Source: Raillietiella orientalis
Taxonomy: Eukaryota
DNA: 64,000 bases
Assembly: GCA_036172245.1 (NCBI GenBank)
Contig: JAYWIR010000055.1
Location: forward strand, 620,001-684,000
Reading direction: 5' to 3'
Part shown: in pieces, positions 51,800 to 64,000 of the stretch
Position numbering within the stretch: the first letter of the stretch is position 1
Layout of the letters: each line of letters opens with the position of its first letter
Translations under genes and position numbers: made by a program
Notes under the pieces: model-generated
The model's database searches: none
Told to the model about the DNA's origin: nothing
What the model saw: the letters and a program-made list of their open reading frames with translations, nothing else

Positions 51800-52290
51800 T
51801 CCGTCCTTCGCCCCGCCACGAGCTCACCTGCCCCGCCGGTTGGCAACCACCGCCTCTCTCCCATAGGCAGGGCGGAGCTGCGGCTAAGGGGGCCACCCGC
51901 AGTGGCCCCATTCTTCCAGTCCCTCGTCACTTTCTCCAGGGAGGCTCCCATGTTGTGGATGGGTTGTTGCAGCTGGAAACCCTGCGACGTATCCCCTTTC
52001 CAGACCGGGAGCAATCTAATGAGCCTTCGTCCGGCGCGCTCCGGAACCCCTGGACGAGGGGGAGTCTCGCGCTGGCCTGCGCGGCGGCAGAAAGGTGGAA
52101 TCCTGTCCGCACCTGCTGGTGGATCGTGTTGCCCCCCGGGGACCGTGTGGGCGTTTTCCCATGGCCCTCCTCATCCCGGAGGCGGACCATCCCAATGAAG
52201 TTTCAAAGCCCCTCCTCCTGGCGCGTGGCGCGCCCCGCCGCTAGCAGCCGCGATCACGGCGTTCTGTGCATCGCCGTCGCCTCGGAGGCT
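51800..52290 (+). mobile_element. Further decayed copy of the same zf-RVT tail (copy D)
   Basis: gaatcctgtccgcacctgctggtggatcgtgttgcc = ESCPHLLVDRVA at ~52.1 kb, followed by an RPAA-like segment. Confidence 0.55.
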
Positions 52291-54086
52291 GAGTGAGGGC
52301 GCGGAGATGCGGAAGCCGACCGCCTCCTGAGGATCGCAACGGCACGTTGGACGCACCCGGGACGCCGTCGGGAAGGGCATGGGAGGGGGGGGGGGGGGTC
52401 GGGTGATCGTGATCCTGACTGCACCCCCCGGCATCCTGCACGGGATGCGGAGGACCTGCTGCACAAGAACGGGCGGCTTCTCCCTTCCCCAATCATAGGA
52501 ACGGTCTTTGTTCCGTTCGGACCTCGCCGGCGCCCCTCCAAGGATCCTCCAGCTCGATGGGACGCCACGCCCTTTTTTCAAAAGAAACGCCTCGGCGTGA
52601 TTGGGTCCTCCCACGGCCAGGGAACGCGCGGACTGTTCCCGTCGGGTCGGTCCGCGCTGTCCTTCCGACTCGTCGATCACCGTCGGCTTCCTTCGGGAAA
52701 GACGGACCGCACCCCAGGGCCGGCTCCCCCTGGGGCGCCCCGCCCGGGAAGACCGGGTCGACCAAAGCGCAGCGAACGGGGTGGCCGGCGTCCTGGATGG
52801 GCCAGGAGGGGGGGGGGGGAAGATAAGCGGGCATGCACGCGTCACGCTTCGAGCCGTCGTCGTGCTTCGGGGAGCGCGCGCGAAGGCGGTGGGGTCAACT
52901 GCTGCACGTGGCGCGCATCCCACAACCCGTCCTTCACCCTTTTACGTGTCGATGTGAAGGTCATGCCCGCCGCTGCGTATGGCTGCGTGGCTACACGTTC
53001 CGTCCGTAGCGCCCGCTCGCAGAGACGCGCTGTTCCCGAGAACCCGCGCGTCTCTGCCGCGTTCCACCTTTGACCATTCATTCCGAGCCCGCCCGAGTTC
53101 TCGCGACCCCTCTTCGCTCCCCTTCCTCCCGGGCGCAATCCCAGGAAGCGCTGGCGCTGAGTGGTGGTCGAAAGGGAGGGGGCGCGAGCTTGCGAAGACG
53201 GCGGCCAGCCCAGCCCCGCGTGCTTTCCGCGCCCGGTGGCGGAACGGCGTCCGGCCCGCACGGCCCACAAACAGAGGCCGCCCTCTTATCGACCCGGGGT
53301 TCAAACGTGGCCGCTTTCGCCAACGAGCGGCATTGAAAAGTCCGAGGCAGAGCGCGCCTCTCTCGCACGGGACGGACCAGCCCGAAACGGGACCGGACGC
53401 AAGCGAACGTTTCATTTGCCCAGCCTTGGCCGGCAGACGCAGCAGCCGTCTCCAAGGCGATCCGACGAGCCCGTCCCGGATCCCTCCACGGCCACGGAGC
53501 GAGGTTTCCCGGTACGTTCAGAAGCAGCCGGAACGAGCCGTCCCTGCCTGAGAACGGGGGCGGAGGCGCGGTCGCACGTCGACTGCGGACGAGACCCCAG
53601 CGCCCCCCCCCTGCCCGGGGAACGCGCGCGATGAGCTCGCAGCTTCTTCGGGGTGCCAACGGGGGAAGCGCACCCGCCGCCATCATCGCCGGAGGCGGAT
53701 TTTAGACTGGTGCGCAAAAAAAAATCGCCCTATCCAGAAGAGGCTGCCAGCGACGTGTGTGAAAAAGTGGGGTGGGGGTGTGGGGGGTGGAAGGAGTATG
53801 CGCAGAGAGAGCGAGAAGAGGAGATCCCTCCCCTCTCCTCTTAGGGAAAGGGGGCATTCTGCTTACGTTCGACGCGATTCCGATGCTCTCTCGAGTTGAC
53901 CGTCGTCGGGACAACAACGCACCCGTCGGCTGCGGCGAGGACGGGCTTTTGCGGGAGGGCGTTGCTAGCCAACGCGACCATCCGAGTCTGCTTCGTGCGC
54001 GGCGAGAGTTTGCGGCCAACGCAGAGAGGCGCGCACACTGCTTGGTAACCTTGATCGTTAAGCGGACCGACTTAGCTCGTCGTCAT

Positions 54087-54106
54087 CCCCCCCCCCCCCC
54101 CCAAAA

Positions 54107-54148
<42 letters not shown>
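54087..54148. repeat. C-run and (CA)n microsatellite
   Basis: Directly visible. Confidence 0.9.
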
Positions 54149-57089
54149 TTCATGGAGATCATGATTCACGCTTGGAAGCTTTTCAGTGGAAAGAATCCGC
54201 ATATTGCAGCGGCGGCGGCAGCAGCAGCAGCAGGGAGGAGAAGAAGAAGAAGAAGAATCTTAATTGGGAGGAGGGAACATCACTGATGGCCGTGCCTGTG
54301 CTCCGTAATTTCCCCGGCTCGGTGCACCGAGCCATCATCGAGAGAACCTCCGGCCGTCTAATCGCTTCCAGGACGCGGATGCTGCGAAAACCCCGGGGGA
54401 AACGCGCGTTCCCGGAGATCCCCCGAAGAGTATAAATCAAAATTCGTTCAACGAAGCCGGCAGAAGCGTACCTTTGTGAAAAGGAGAAACACGGGGAGGG
54501 GAGGGGAGGGGAGGGGGGGGGGGAGAGGGGCGAAAGAGCGCGAAAAAAAGAAAAGAAAAGAAAAGAAAGGAAAGAAGAAGATGAAAAGGAGCGCGCAATC
54601 TCGGCAATAACGGGGAGGCGGCCGCCGCCCTCCTCCGCCCGCGGCGGCGGCGGCAACGAGATAAACGGAAATCGGACGAGACGGTTACGGAGGTGCGGAT
54701 GCTGGAAGTACTGACCGGAGCATCTGCCACGCGGCACGGCACGAAGTCCCAATGAGCTTCGCGCACAGCAATCGCTGCCGCGAGCACGAAACGCACCGTC
54801 AGCACCGGAAAACACGGACGGCACCGCGAAGCTCGCCGTTTCCAAGGTTACCCGTGGCGTCACTTTCGGATCCGCGCACCTCTGCGCGTTTGCGTAACAG
54901 GGAGCGACAGTCACCGCGGACGAGCGTTGTCGAGAGGGCCGAGAAGCCAATTTTTCTAAGGACGAGGGGGGAATCGAAATGCATTCCGTGACCTTTCCTC
55001 GGAGCAGCTGGGGAGGGGGAGATTCTATTTCCGAAGAGGTCCTGCGGGGAATACCAAGCAACAAGTTGCCGCCGTGGAGCGCTTCCCCCCCCCGAAGTGG
55101 CTGCACGCTCGGGCAGCACCGCAGCAGCACGGCACGCGTTGTTGTTTTATTCAGCAAGCCGTGCTGGGGGCAGCCCTGCAGGCGGCCCGATGCGTGCGCA
55201 CTTGGCGTCGCCCCGCCCCCGCGGGGAGGAAGCTCTACCCCCGAGCGGAAGGGGGGGGGGGGGAGGACTCCGCGCTCCCCGAGATCCTCGCGGGAGTATC
55301 GGAGTATTCCCCCCCATCCCCGGTGGGGTTCAGGGGAGAACCCGAGGGGGTGAAGGGTGTTGCGAGGGGCAACGTGTGCGGGGGAGGGGGGCACGAAAAG
55401 CAAATTCCATCATCATCGGTGGTCGACGAACTGCCGGTTCACACACGCTTCACTGGGCTCCAGCGAAGGAGCTGCAAGCTTCACATGCCACATTCTGATG
55501 CCACGAATTCACTTTCACCTACCTGACTTGGAACGTGTCAAACACACACACACACACATGCAGTCCACCGCACCTGTGGTGGTTCGTATTTCTCGGCCAC
55601 GAGCCCACCCGGCAGCAGTTTGCAAAGGAAAGGAGATTTGTCCCGTCTCCTGGGCAAGGATTCCAATGCTCATCCCATCCTGGCTCAGGAATTGCTTGCT
55701 GATCTGATGCCTGCTGCTGCTCATGCATGCATGCACTGAGGGCAATGGGGTGAAGGACAAAGCTAAGCAGAGTGAAGAGTGTGTGTGTGTTGGAACACTG
55801 CACTGCACGCGCGCAATTGGACAGCATCATTCACATTGCACTGCTGCCTGAAAGGTGAATGCAAGGTGTGCATACTCTGGAAATTTGTATGGCATTCCTC
55901 TGAAGTCACTGTTCAGAGGTCCATTACTTCTAGCCATTAGTGTTGTTAACCATTGTCCAAGGAGCACCTCACCATTGGTTACTCAAGTGAAGTACGTTTG
56001 CAAGGTATTCTGTTTCTTGTCTGTGTATATTAAGGTGTGATTCCATGGATGCTGGTGAACGGTTCCTCAGACCTCCAGTTCCTTTGTGAGGCCATTTTGG
56101 GGAACATTGCATTGATTTCATTACCAAATTCTACAGCAGATTTCTGAAGGTGTAGCCAAGCTTGTTTAAAACTGCCTCAATGTAAACTCTTCCTGCAAAG
56201 TGCAAGGTGGGGGGGGAAAGAAAAAAAAAAAAAAAAAGGACAATACCCTAATGAATGAGGGGGCATTTGATCCTCCAGGAATTACATTCTCAGTGTTGTC
56301 CCACCAGCAGTGAACATCAGCTACAAACTGATTCTCCCATGTGTGCATAATGAATAATACTCTGTAACTGAATTGGGTCACCTATTTACTTATACAGTGA
56401 ATATCTGAGCATTCCCACTGGAATTAAGAAATCCAGGAAGGCAAAAATATGAACGTCTAATGCATAGGATATGGAAAAGATATGTTAATATGTTTTCAAA
56501 CATGAAACGATCAACTGAACTCACACAATTAATTTGAAGCAAGTGTCACTTATCTGGTGAAGAGTTCCTTGAATTTAATGAATGCACTGCAGAATAAATT
56601 AAGGCTTTTGACGAGAGAGAGGGAGAGGGAGGGAGAGAGATGGGGGAAAAAAAAAAAAAAAAACTTGTAAGATGATTATGATCAATGCCACTGGATTGGG
56701 AACGCTCATCGAGAGAATTAATTACGTATATGCGTTTTCCTGGTTTTGAAGGTTTTCCTTGTGACGCACATTCTAAGCTTACCCGGTGGAACGGCAGAGT
56801 AAAAAAACAAAAAAAAGGGGTGCAAAGGGGTGGGGGAGGTGGTGGTGGGGGGGGGACGACAACACAATCCCAAGGCTCTGCCCGTCAGCCAGCGTTGTTT
56901 GCCAACGGCGCGTCGCCCACAAATGCACACGGGCGAAGGGAGCACTGCCTGCCTCGGGGTGGTGATGACACGAAGGTTCGATCCTTTTCCTTCAGGTCAG
57001 TGTGCAACCTTCAGATTCCGTCTCTCCCCTCTTTCGTCGGGGACCGAGTCGGCCATCCGGCGAATCTACACGGGAGCGCCAGGGAGGGT

Positions 57090-57121
<32 letters not shown>

Positions 57122-58189
57122 GAGGAGACCAGGGGAATGCACGCAGGTCGCCTTCGAGGAGCCGGAGGTGTGCTCGTGAACTGCAGGTCTGCGATGACCC
57201 CACGGGCGGCTGCCACCTCGGGCTGTGCGGGTTGCGAACGGCAACCTCCGGCGGCGGCTTTGGCGGCGGCGGCCGCTCGCGCCGCCGCGGCCCGGCTGTT
57301 CCCGGGATCCGCTCGCGAGGGCTCCCCCGGTGCTTCCCGGCAAACCGGGGGGCCTCCCGGCGACCCCGGGACCGTCACGCGGCCCGACGCGGCGGCGGCA
57401 GGAAAGAGGGGAAGGAGGGAGGGAACACGGCTGCAACACCACGCAAGCGTGTGACAAGCCGAACCCTGCAGTCACTCTTGCCGTTGCGGCACCGCCAGTT
57501 CGCGTTTCCCTGGCGACGCGCCATGTCGCAACGTGCCGTCTGCTCGCGGTTGCGGCGCTGAGCTCTCATGAATGACTTACCATGTAGACAGTTTCGGTGG
57601 TGCTGCTGCTGCTTTCATCATGGGAACCGACGTGCCGTGTTCATCTGGACCAAGTTCGTTGTGCCGCTGCAGCCATCCACGGACGAGCGTTTCCGAGCTG
57701 CCCGTGCAGTCCGTTGCCATGGTTCTCCCACGATCCCCCGTACGTGATGCGGACACGTTTCGGAAAAGCGGCCGCATCCGTGCCTACGAGTGGTAATTCG
57801 AACTTTGTGGTCACGCGCGAGTGCAGCGTGTGAGGAAGGGAAAAAGGAAAAAAAGAAGTATGCTGGCTGTGGATCATCCCGTGAGCTCGTTGGCAAGGGC
57901 GACGAGAGTTGTGCAAGTTTCCTTTTGCAAGCAGGTACGAGCCGTTGCTTCGGCTTCGGGGGGAGGGGGGGCACCATCTCGGGTTTCATCCCTCCCCCCC
58001 CCCCCCTCTCCCCTCCACCGCCGTCCGCTGGGAGGTTCCCCGCACGGACTCCTCGCCGCCTTCGGCACGGATGCTGATCTGTGCGCGATCTGTACCATGC
58101 AGGATTTAGTAACGGATTTGACGAAATCCATTGCGCGCTCTCGTGGGGGAGGGAGGGAGGGAGAAGAAATGTCGAAAACACAATCAGGC

Positions 58190-58190
58190 A

Positions 58191-58223
<33 letters not shown>

Positions 58224-58241
58224 GGTGGCGGTGGCGGTGGT
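58190..58241. repeat. Compound (GAT)n(GGT)n microsatellite
   Basis: Directly visible. Confidence 0.9.
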
Positions 58242-61200
58242 GCTCAGCTCGTTGTCCGCCGGCTGCAGAGGGATGGGAACTTTTTGTTCCCTGCAAGTCG
58301 GCAGAGGTTATAAAAAAAAAAAAAAAAAACAAAAAAAAAAAAGAAGGAAAAAGAAAATGCCTTTGGTGCCTGTTGTTGAGAAATCGTAGGGCTTCGTCGT
58401 TTCCACGCAACGCGACGGACCGCGGGTGCGATGGAGGGGCCATCGCGGAACTGAGGGAGAGAAAAGAAAAAAAAGAAAAAAAAAGGAAGGAAAGTTTGGC
58501 AGGGAGGAGAATTCCCGTTCCCCTCTGCCCCGAAAAGTTTGCGAGCCCTCCGCAGACGACTGTTTTGTTTTTATCGTGAGGCGTGGAGTGGGGAGGGCCA
58601 CAGTTGCTATGGCAATTAACCGGAATACGACCGTCGTTATGCCCGGGCGGGCTCTTGCGGTGCGGTGGTGGTGCGCGCAAGCAACGGGCGGAGGATCGGC
58701 ACAAAATAAGAAGGAGAAGAAGAAGAAGAAGGAGAATTATTACTGTTATGCCGACGGTTGGCCGTCGGCCTTTCTTCGGTTCGCTCCGGTCGGCGCACCG
58801 CGTCAGCGCGAATGCTCCTCTCGGGAAAGGTGCGCGCCATGAAATGGGGCGAACGGGGGGGGGGGGGGAGGGCCCGCGGGAATACAGGGTCCGTCCGGGA
58901 CGCCGCCACGAACGTTCTTTCGGTTCCGACGGGAGCGTCGGAAGTGGGTGCGTGCGTGCATCTTTCTCCGGGAGGAAGGCCTTCCCGCCAGAGGTGGACC
59001 GAAGGCGCAGGAAAGGAGTCGGCAGGGCGCACGCAGCAGCGAAAACGCGCGTCCGCCAGCAATGCGTGCGACGAAAAGTAAAAGTGTGTCCTTCCGGCCG
59101 TTTCCTTTTCGTCCTTTCGAGGGGGAATCGCACAGCCCCCCTTTTCGGCGCCTCCCCCCTTCAGGCAGCAACGCGAAACACCATGCGTGCACACCGACCC
59201 CGATCGGCCCTCAGGCTGTTTTAGCTTCTCCTGTTCGCCTGGTAAGACTCGCTGCTGTGCTCCCGTTGGCGCCGCAGGACGGCGGGAAGGCGCCAACGGG
59301 AGTGGGTCCAAAGAAGACAGCGCTCTTCCGAGCGTCCCTCACGAGGAGGGGAAGAGCCTCGCAAACCGCCCCGCCCTTCCAGCGGTGGCGCCCCGTGTGC
59401 CTTGCACGTGGTGTTCCTCCCCCCTCCGCCGAGCAGGGCGGCGTGGGGAGGGCCGCGGCGGAGGCCGGGGCAAACGGGAATATCCCGATGCCCCGGGGCC
59501 TCGCGAAGCTCGGGCGATCCCGAGCAACCGAGGCCAGTCCGAGGCAGGGATGGGCGACGCGTGCGGAAGCGACGGGGAGCCGCCGACCACGGTCGGCGGC
59601 CTCCTCCCTGCCGGGCCCGATTTCCTTGCACCTTCCCGCGACGTCCCGAACCCACCAAGATGAGGCGCGCTTCCTTCCTTCTCCCCTCACGCGTGTCACC
59701 TTCGTGACGGCGGCAGGCAGGAAGCGACCGAAGCACCTGAGACGCCGCGCGCGCCGCCCCGTGTCCTCCTCGGCAAACACCGCGGCGTCCGTGACGCTGA
59801 CTGCGGCGCGGACACTCTCCCGTGGCTCAGGAAGGCGCACGGCGCCGCCGCCTCCGTCATCTGAAGCCGGGCAGTATTCCTTGGAGAGGAGGGGGATTCC
59901 CGCGCGAACTCTGCAATCCGGGGCCGTGAATTTTTTTCCGGCCAAGTGATCGGTGGCCCCCCGTCGTCGTTCGGGCTCGGAGAACGGGAAGGGCTTTATG
60001 GGATGCTTCTCCTCCCCCCTGCCCCTACCTCCGGTGGGGAGCTGCGTCCATCCACAGGGCTGCCGCTGCCGCTGCTGCTCGCCAAAGTGCGAGTAGGGGA
60101 CGCACGAAGCGCTTGGAGAATGCGATGGAGGGTCTGCGTTGAGGGAGGGCGGGAGGAGTAGGAGTAGGGGGGGGGGGGAGCCCTGAAATGCGCTCTTGCT
60201 GTTTGCTCATCTCGCTCGGCCATGGACGGAGCAGCACACGGGGCAGACCCGGGAAGCCGCAGCTGCGCGTGCCATCTCTGCAGGAGCCGCTACCGCCATT
60301 CCTGCTGTTCCTCCTCCGCGCCTACTTCCCCCCCCCCCCCTTCTCCTCTTCCTCCCTCCCTTCCTGCTACTCCATCTCGTCTCCTTTCCTCCTTCCTTCC
60401 TCCTCTTCCTTCTTCTTCGTCCTCCTCTTCCCTGCCTCCTCTCTTCCTCGCAGTCCCCTTTCGCCACCGCAGCGGGATGCTCAGGCGCGCCTCCAGGGGC
60501 ATTGGCGCCCATCTATTGCGGGTTCTCCTGGGCAGTCCTCCATTGAGAGGGGGGTCTTTGTGGAGCTTCCCAACTCTCCCGCGGTAGCGCCGCCGCCTGT
60601 CTCCGGGCCACCACCTGTCCCCGAGCCATAAACCTCCCGGCTCCCGGCCGCGAACTGCAGTGGATTCGAGGGGAGTCTCCCGTGAAACGCGTATCCCGGC
60701 CGGTTCTCCTCTCCCTCCGTCGTGCAGCCCTGTTCCGGAGTCTGTGTCTCCTCGGGCGTGCTGATCGCACGTGCTTGGTGGTGGAGGTGAGGTGGTAGTG
60801 GTGGTGGTGGTGGTGGGGAGCCTTCCGTGGCACCGGGGTTTCGGCTGCGCGCGGGAGCGCACGGACCCGGAAGTTGTCCCTCCCCTCCCTATTCGGCCCC
60901 GTTTCCCCCCGCCCTCATGGAGGTGGCGCAGGAGGAGGCTCCCAGCTTGCGCGACCTTAACTTCACAGAGACGGGCGCCCCCCCTCCCCCACCTCGGTGC
61001 TCTCTCCCCGGAGGTGGCCGCTTGGCCCCCGAAACCGGCGTGGCCTCTTCCCTCGTGTACGAAAGAAGGAGCGGCGCACACTCGCTGTGGCGCCGCGCTC
61101 TCCTCGCTCCACCTCCCTGGGCGCGGGCAGCTTCGCGCCGCCGTGTCCAAAACGGGGGAAGGAAGCTTGCGAAGGCGGCGGAGTTCTTTTCTTCCCTCCA

Positions 61201-63420
61201 CCCCCTCCTCCTTTGGTCGTGGCGACTCTCAGCGGCCTCCAAACGAACTTCTGCCCGTCCACCGCCTCCTCCCCGACCGCCCATACTGCGTGACGTCTCC
61301 CCGCCTTCGCGGCCGGAAGGGGGGGGGGGAGAGCAGGGAGGTAAGCGCCTGTTGAGTGAGCGTGCGCGTTTCCCAGCAACTTCCCCACTCGCCTTTCCTC
61401 TCGCTTCGCGAGGGCGGGTGGGATGATGCGGGCTCGCCTCTCCCTGAACCGCGTCGCTTCGGATCCCCTCCATCTGGATCTCCGGGAAATCCGGATGGAG
61501 GGGAAGGCGCGGTCTCCAAGCCGCGGGGAGCAACGGCAGCGCCTCCGCCCTCGCAAAGTGCCGTGACTCCCCCACCCCCCTCTCTCCCTCCTTCAGCGAC
61601 CCGCCCTCGAAGGGGTAGCGGCTCGGGCAGGTCTTGGGACCTCGCCTTCCCTCCCCAAGACTGTCCGTCCGTGGCGAGAGCTCCCCGACTGGTCATCCGA
61701 TTCCCCGCCGATGCAGGCGCGACGGTGGCGCACCCAGCGGGAGGTTCCTCAACGAGGAACTGCTCACGTTCGCCTTCTCCTCCCCCTCCCTTCAATGCTC
61801 CTTAGGAGGAGGGGCTGGGCCGGCGGGGGGCCGCGCTGCCCTTCACACGGCAGGTGTCTTTCCTCCTCCCCCGACCCTCTTCGCGCGTTCGCTTGCGTTC
61901 TTCCTCCCCCTTATTGCGGTCCACGCTCTCCCGTTCGTCCCCAATCCGCCGCCTCGAGCGTCTCCCCATCCCCCTCCTTTCTCTCTTCCGCCGCTGCCGT
62001 TGCCGCGACGACGCGATCACGCAGCACCTGGACACGTTGGCGTCGTCGCCATCGACCCCGCTGCCACGGCTCCGCTCGATGCCCGGTGGGTCACCGCCGT
62101 CGCTTCGCCCTTCCCTTTCCCCCTCATTTTTTTCCTTTCTCCTGGGCCTTCCCACTGCCACCCCTTCCGTTCGCCTCCGTGGCGAAGCCGAGCACCGCTT
62201 CCACTCTCCCCCTGCCGCCGGAAGGTGTCCGTCTAGGAGGAGTACGCAAAAGAGGGTATCGCCCTCTTTGCGCGGCAGCAGGGGAAGGAGGGGGACATGT
62301 CGCGAGCCCGCACTTGCTCCCAGAAAGGGAAGCGGAAGAGGTTCTCACGAAGAACAGCTCCCTCTCGCGGCAGCGAAACACGCCACTCCGGGGTGCTTCC
62401 GAGAGCTGCCGCCGGGCGGCAGGGCGCGCGCGACAGGCTACTAACGCGTAGCGGTGGCGACAAGCGCGCACGGAGGGCGCGGGGTAGGGAAGAGGGGGAG
62501 GAGTGAACATGGCGGCGAAGGGCCACAGGTGCAGCGGCAGGATCCGCGTGGACACGGGAGGTCCTCACACCTGGGAAGTGTCCTCCTCTGCTCCTCCCCC
62601 CTTTCTGGAGTCCACTCGCAACCCGGAGATGACCGACCGTCCGGGAAGATGGGGGGCGCATGCTCCTTGCTGGGCGGTAAGCTGCATTCCCTTCCCGGAG
62701 ATGCGGGAGGAGGGGGGAGGGGGAAGGGGAAGCACGAGAGGGAATAAAAACACGGAGCGAGCTAAAAATAACAAATGGAAAAGAAAGGAAAAGGATCGCC
62801 TAGAGTAGTTGACACGGTCGCCGCGAGATGGGGGGAGGGGACTCGCACCGAGCCACGTCCCTTCATTCCGGCAGCCTTGCCACTTCCTTTCGTTGTGCTC
62901 CTTTTGTCCCGCCGACGGGGGAAGGGCATTTGTTGCCGCCGCGGCGTGCTCCCTCCTCTCCCGGGCGTGACACGCGGGAACCGTCCCGATTCTCCTGGCG
63001 CGCGAGCGTTGCTTCCCTCTCGCGTACGGGAGGGAGGGGCGGTCCCGCTGCGGGGATCTCGGCGCGCCTCCGGGTCGCTCCAGTGGCCCCGGACGTTCCG
63101 AAGCGTTCGCTCGCTCTCCCGCCGGTTGCGGCCGCGCAGCGTCCCGGACGTCCTCGAGGAGATGGGTGCGGCTCTCGCGGGACGCGGGAACGGGTGTTTT
63201 CGTGCTGGCGGCGGTGCGTGCCTGTGTCCCATCCGCTCGCGCGCGCACCTGCGACATTCCGCCGATAAGTCGTGTCGTGCCGATCTCCTCCCCGAGCAAG
63301 TGTCCGCCTCCGCGCGCAGTCCTCCCCGGTCGCGCGCTCGCCCTCTTAGCTTCTCCCGGACCGCGGCCCCGCTGTTCGACCCATCCTCTTCTTTTCCCGC
63401 TGCCCACAGGCGCCCCGACG

Positions 63421-64000
63421 ATGATGCACTGCAAGCTGCGCTTCTGGAAGAACACGGCGTTCCTCATCCTTGTCTGGACCTACTTATTCGCCACGCTGCT
63501 GCTCGTGTTCTACAGGAACCACGCGGGCGTCTCCCGCTTCGTGCCCGACGGCTTCACGTTCTGCTCGACGAAGGGCGACGGCGGCGGCTCCCCTCCCCTA
63601 CGGGCGGGGGCGACCACCCCCTGGTGGGAGCCGTACAGCCCGCTGGTGGACCGCAGCCAGGAGAACCGTAGCGAGTCGGACATCCTTCTGTCCCTGCAGA
63701 AGAAGTTCGGGAACCTGCCGTTCTCCGTCTGGAACTCCGCCAGGGGGAAGACGCTGCAGCTGAACCGCACGTGTGCCCCCTTCCCCAGCATCTACGGGCT
63801 GGAGTTCAACAACGGACTCTGGCAGACGGTCATCTCGTCCAACGGCACGTACTACATCTACGGTAGCTACTACGACAACCGGACCGCCGTCGCCGGCGGC
63901 TCGGTCGTACGGTTGCTGGTCATGCTGGACCGCATCCAGCCCACCCTGCGGATGCACTGCCAGATCTGGAACCCCTCCTCCTCCCAGCCCCACATCGCGG
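63421..64000 (+). CDS. Glycosyltransferase family 92 (DUF23)-like type II membrane protein, N-terminal part (runs off window)
   Basis: Open frame missing from the ORF track because it has no stop in the window: MMHCKLRFWKNTAFLILVWTYLFATLLLVFY (TM anchor)...NLPFSVW...TCAPFPSIYGLEFNNGLWQT..SNGTYYIYGSYYDNR...VRLLVMLDRIQPT..HCQIW, as in arthropod GT92 proteins. Third codon positions are strongly G/C. Confidence 0.8.
   Translation, partial: MMHCKLRFWKNTAFLILVWTYLFATLLLVFYRNHAGVSRFVPDGFTFCSTKGDGGGSPPLRAGATTPWWEPYSPLVDRSQENRSESDILLSLQKKFGNLPFSVWNSARGKTLQLNRTCAPFPSIYGLEFNNGLWQTVISSNGTYYIYGSYYDNRTAVAGGSVVRLLVMLDRIQPTLRMHCQIWNPSSSQPHIA

Noticed and set aside
27256..63400. Hundreds of overlapping Arg/Pro/Gly/Ala-rich ORFs up to ~450 aa in the ORF track
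   Set aside because: Expected from stop-codon scarcity in GC-rich DNA; they overlap in all frames and carry no recognisable domains apart from those listed.
26900..64000. GC-rich half as bacterial contamination or horizontal transfer
   Set aside because: It contains spliceosomal-type introns, microsatellites, LINE relics and animal-type genes, with no operon-like gene density. A chimeric join still needs a read check.

Overview
Eukaryotic (metazoan, probably arthropod-like) genomic DNA in two sharply different halves. Bases 1 to about 26.8 kb are AT-rich and hold compact spliced genes, many with 45-57 nt introns: an unknown gene with a possible GTSF1-like tail, a TJAP1/BEGAIN-family gene, ABCB10 (minus) and WDR20 (plus). 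The last two are head-to-head and separated by decayed LINEs. Just after the WDR20 poly(A) signal the sequence becomes GC- and CpG-rich. About 29.5-52.3 kb is a dense field of decayed Tx1/L1-like non-LTR retrotransposons in both orientations. Four copies share a PHLL(V/L)D zinc-finger motif and three share a 3' UTR hairpin with pairing-preserving substitutions. A CFAP90 (C5orf49)-like gene is embedded in this field, and a glycosyltransferase family 92-like gene starts at 63421 and runs off the end. Most ORFs in the supplied track for the GC-rich half look like composition artefacts. All family assignments come from motif recognition by eye, not database searches. I found no convincing wholly new system; the best leads are the conserved LINE 3' RNA structure and the compositional boundary.
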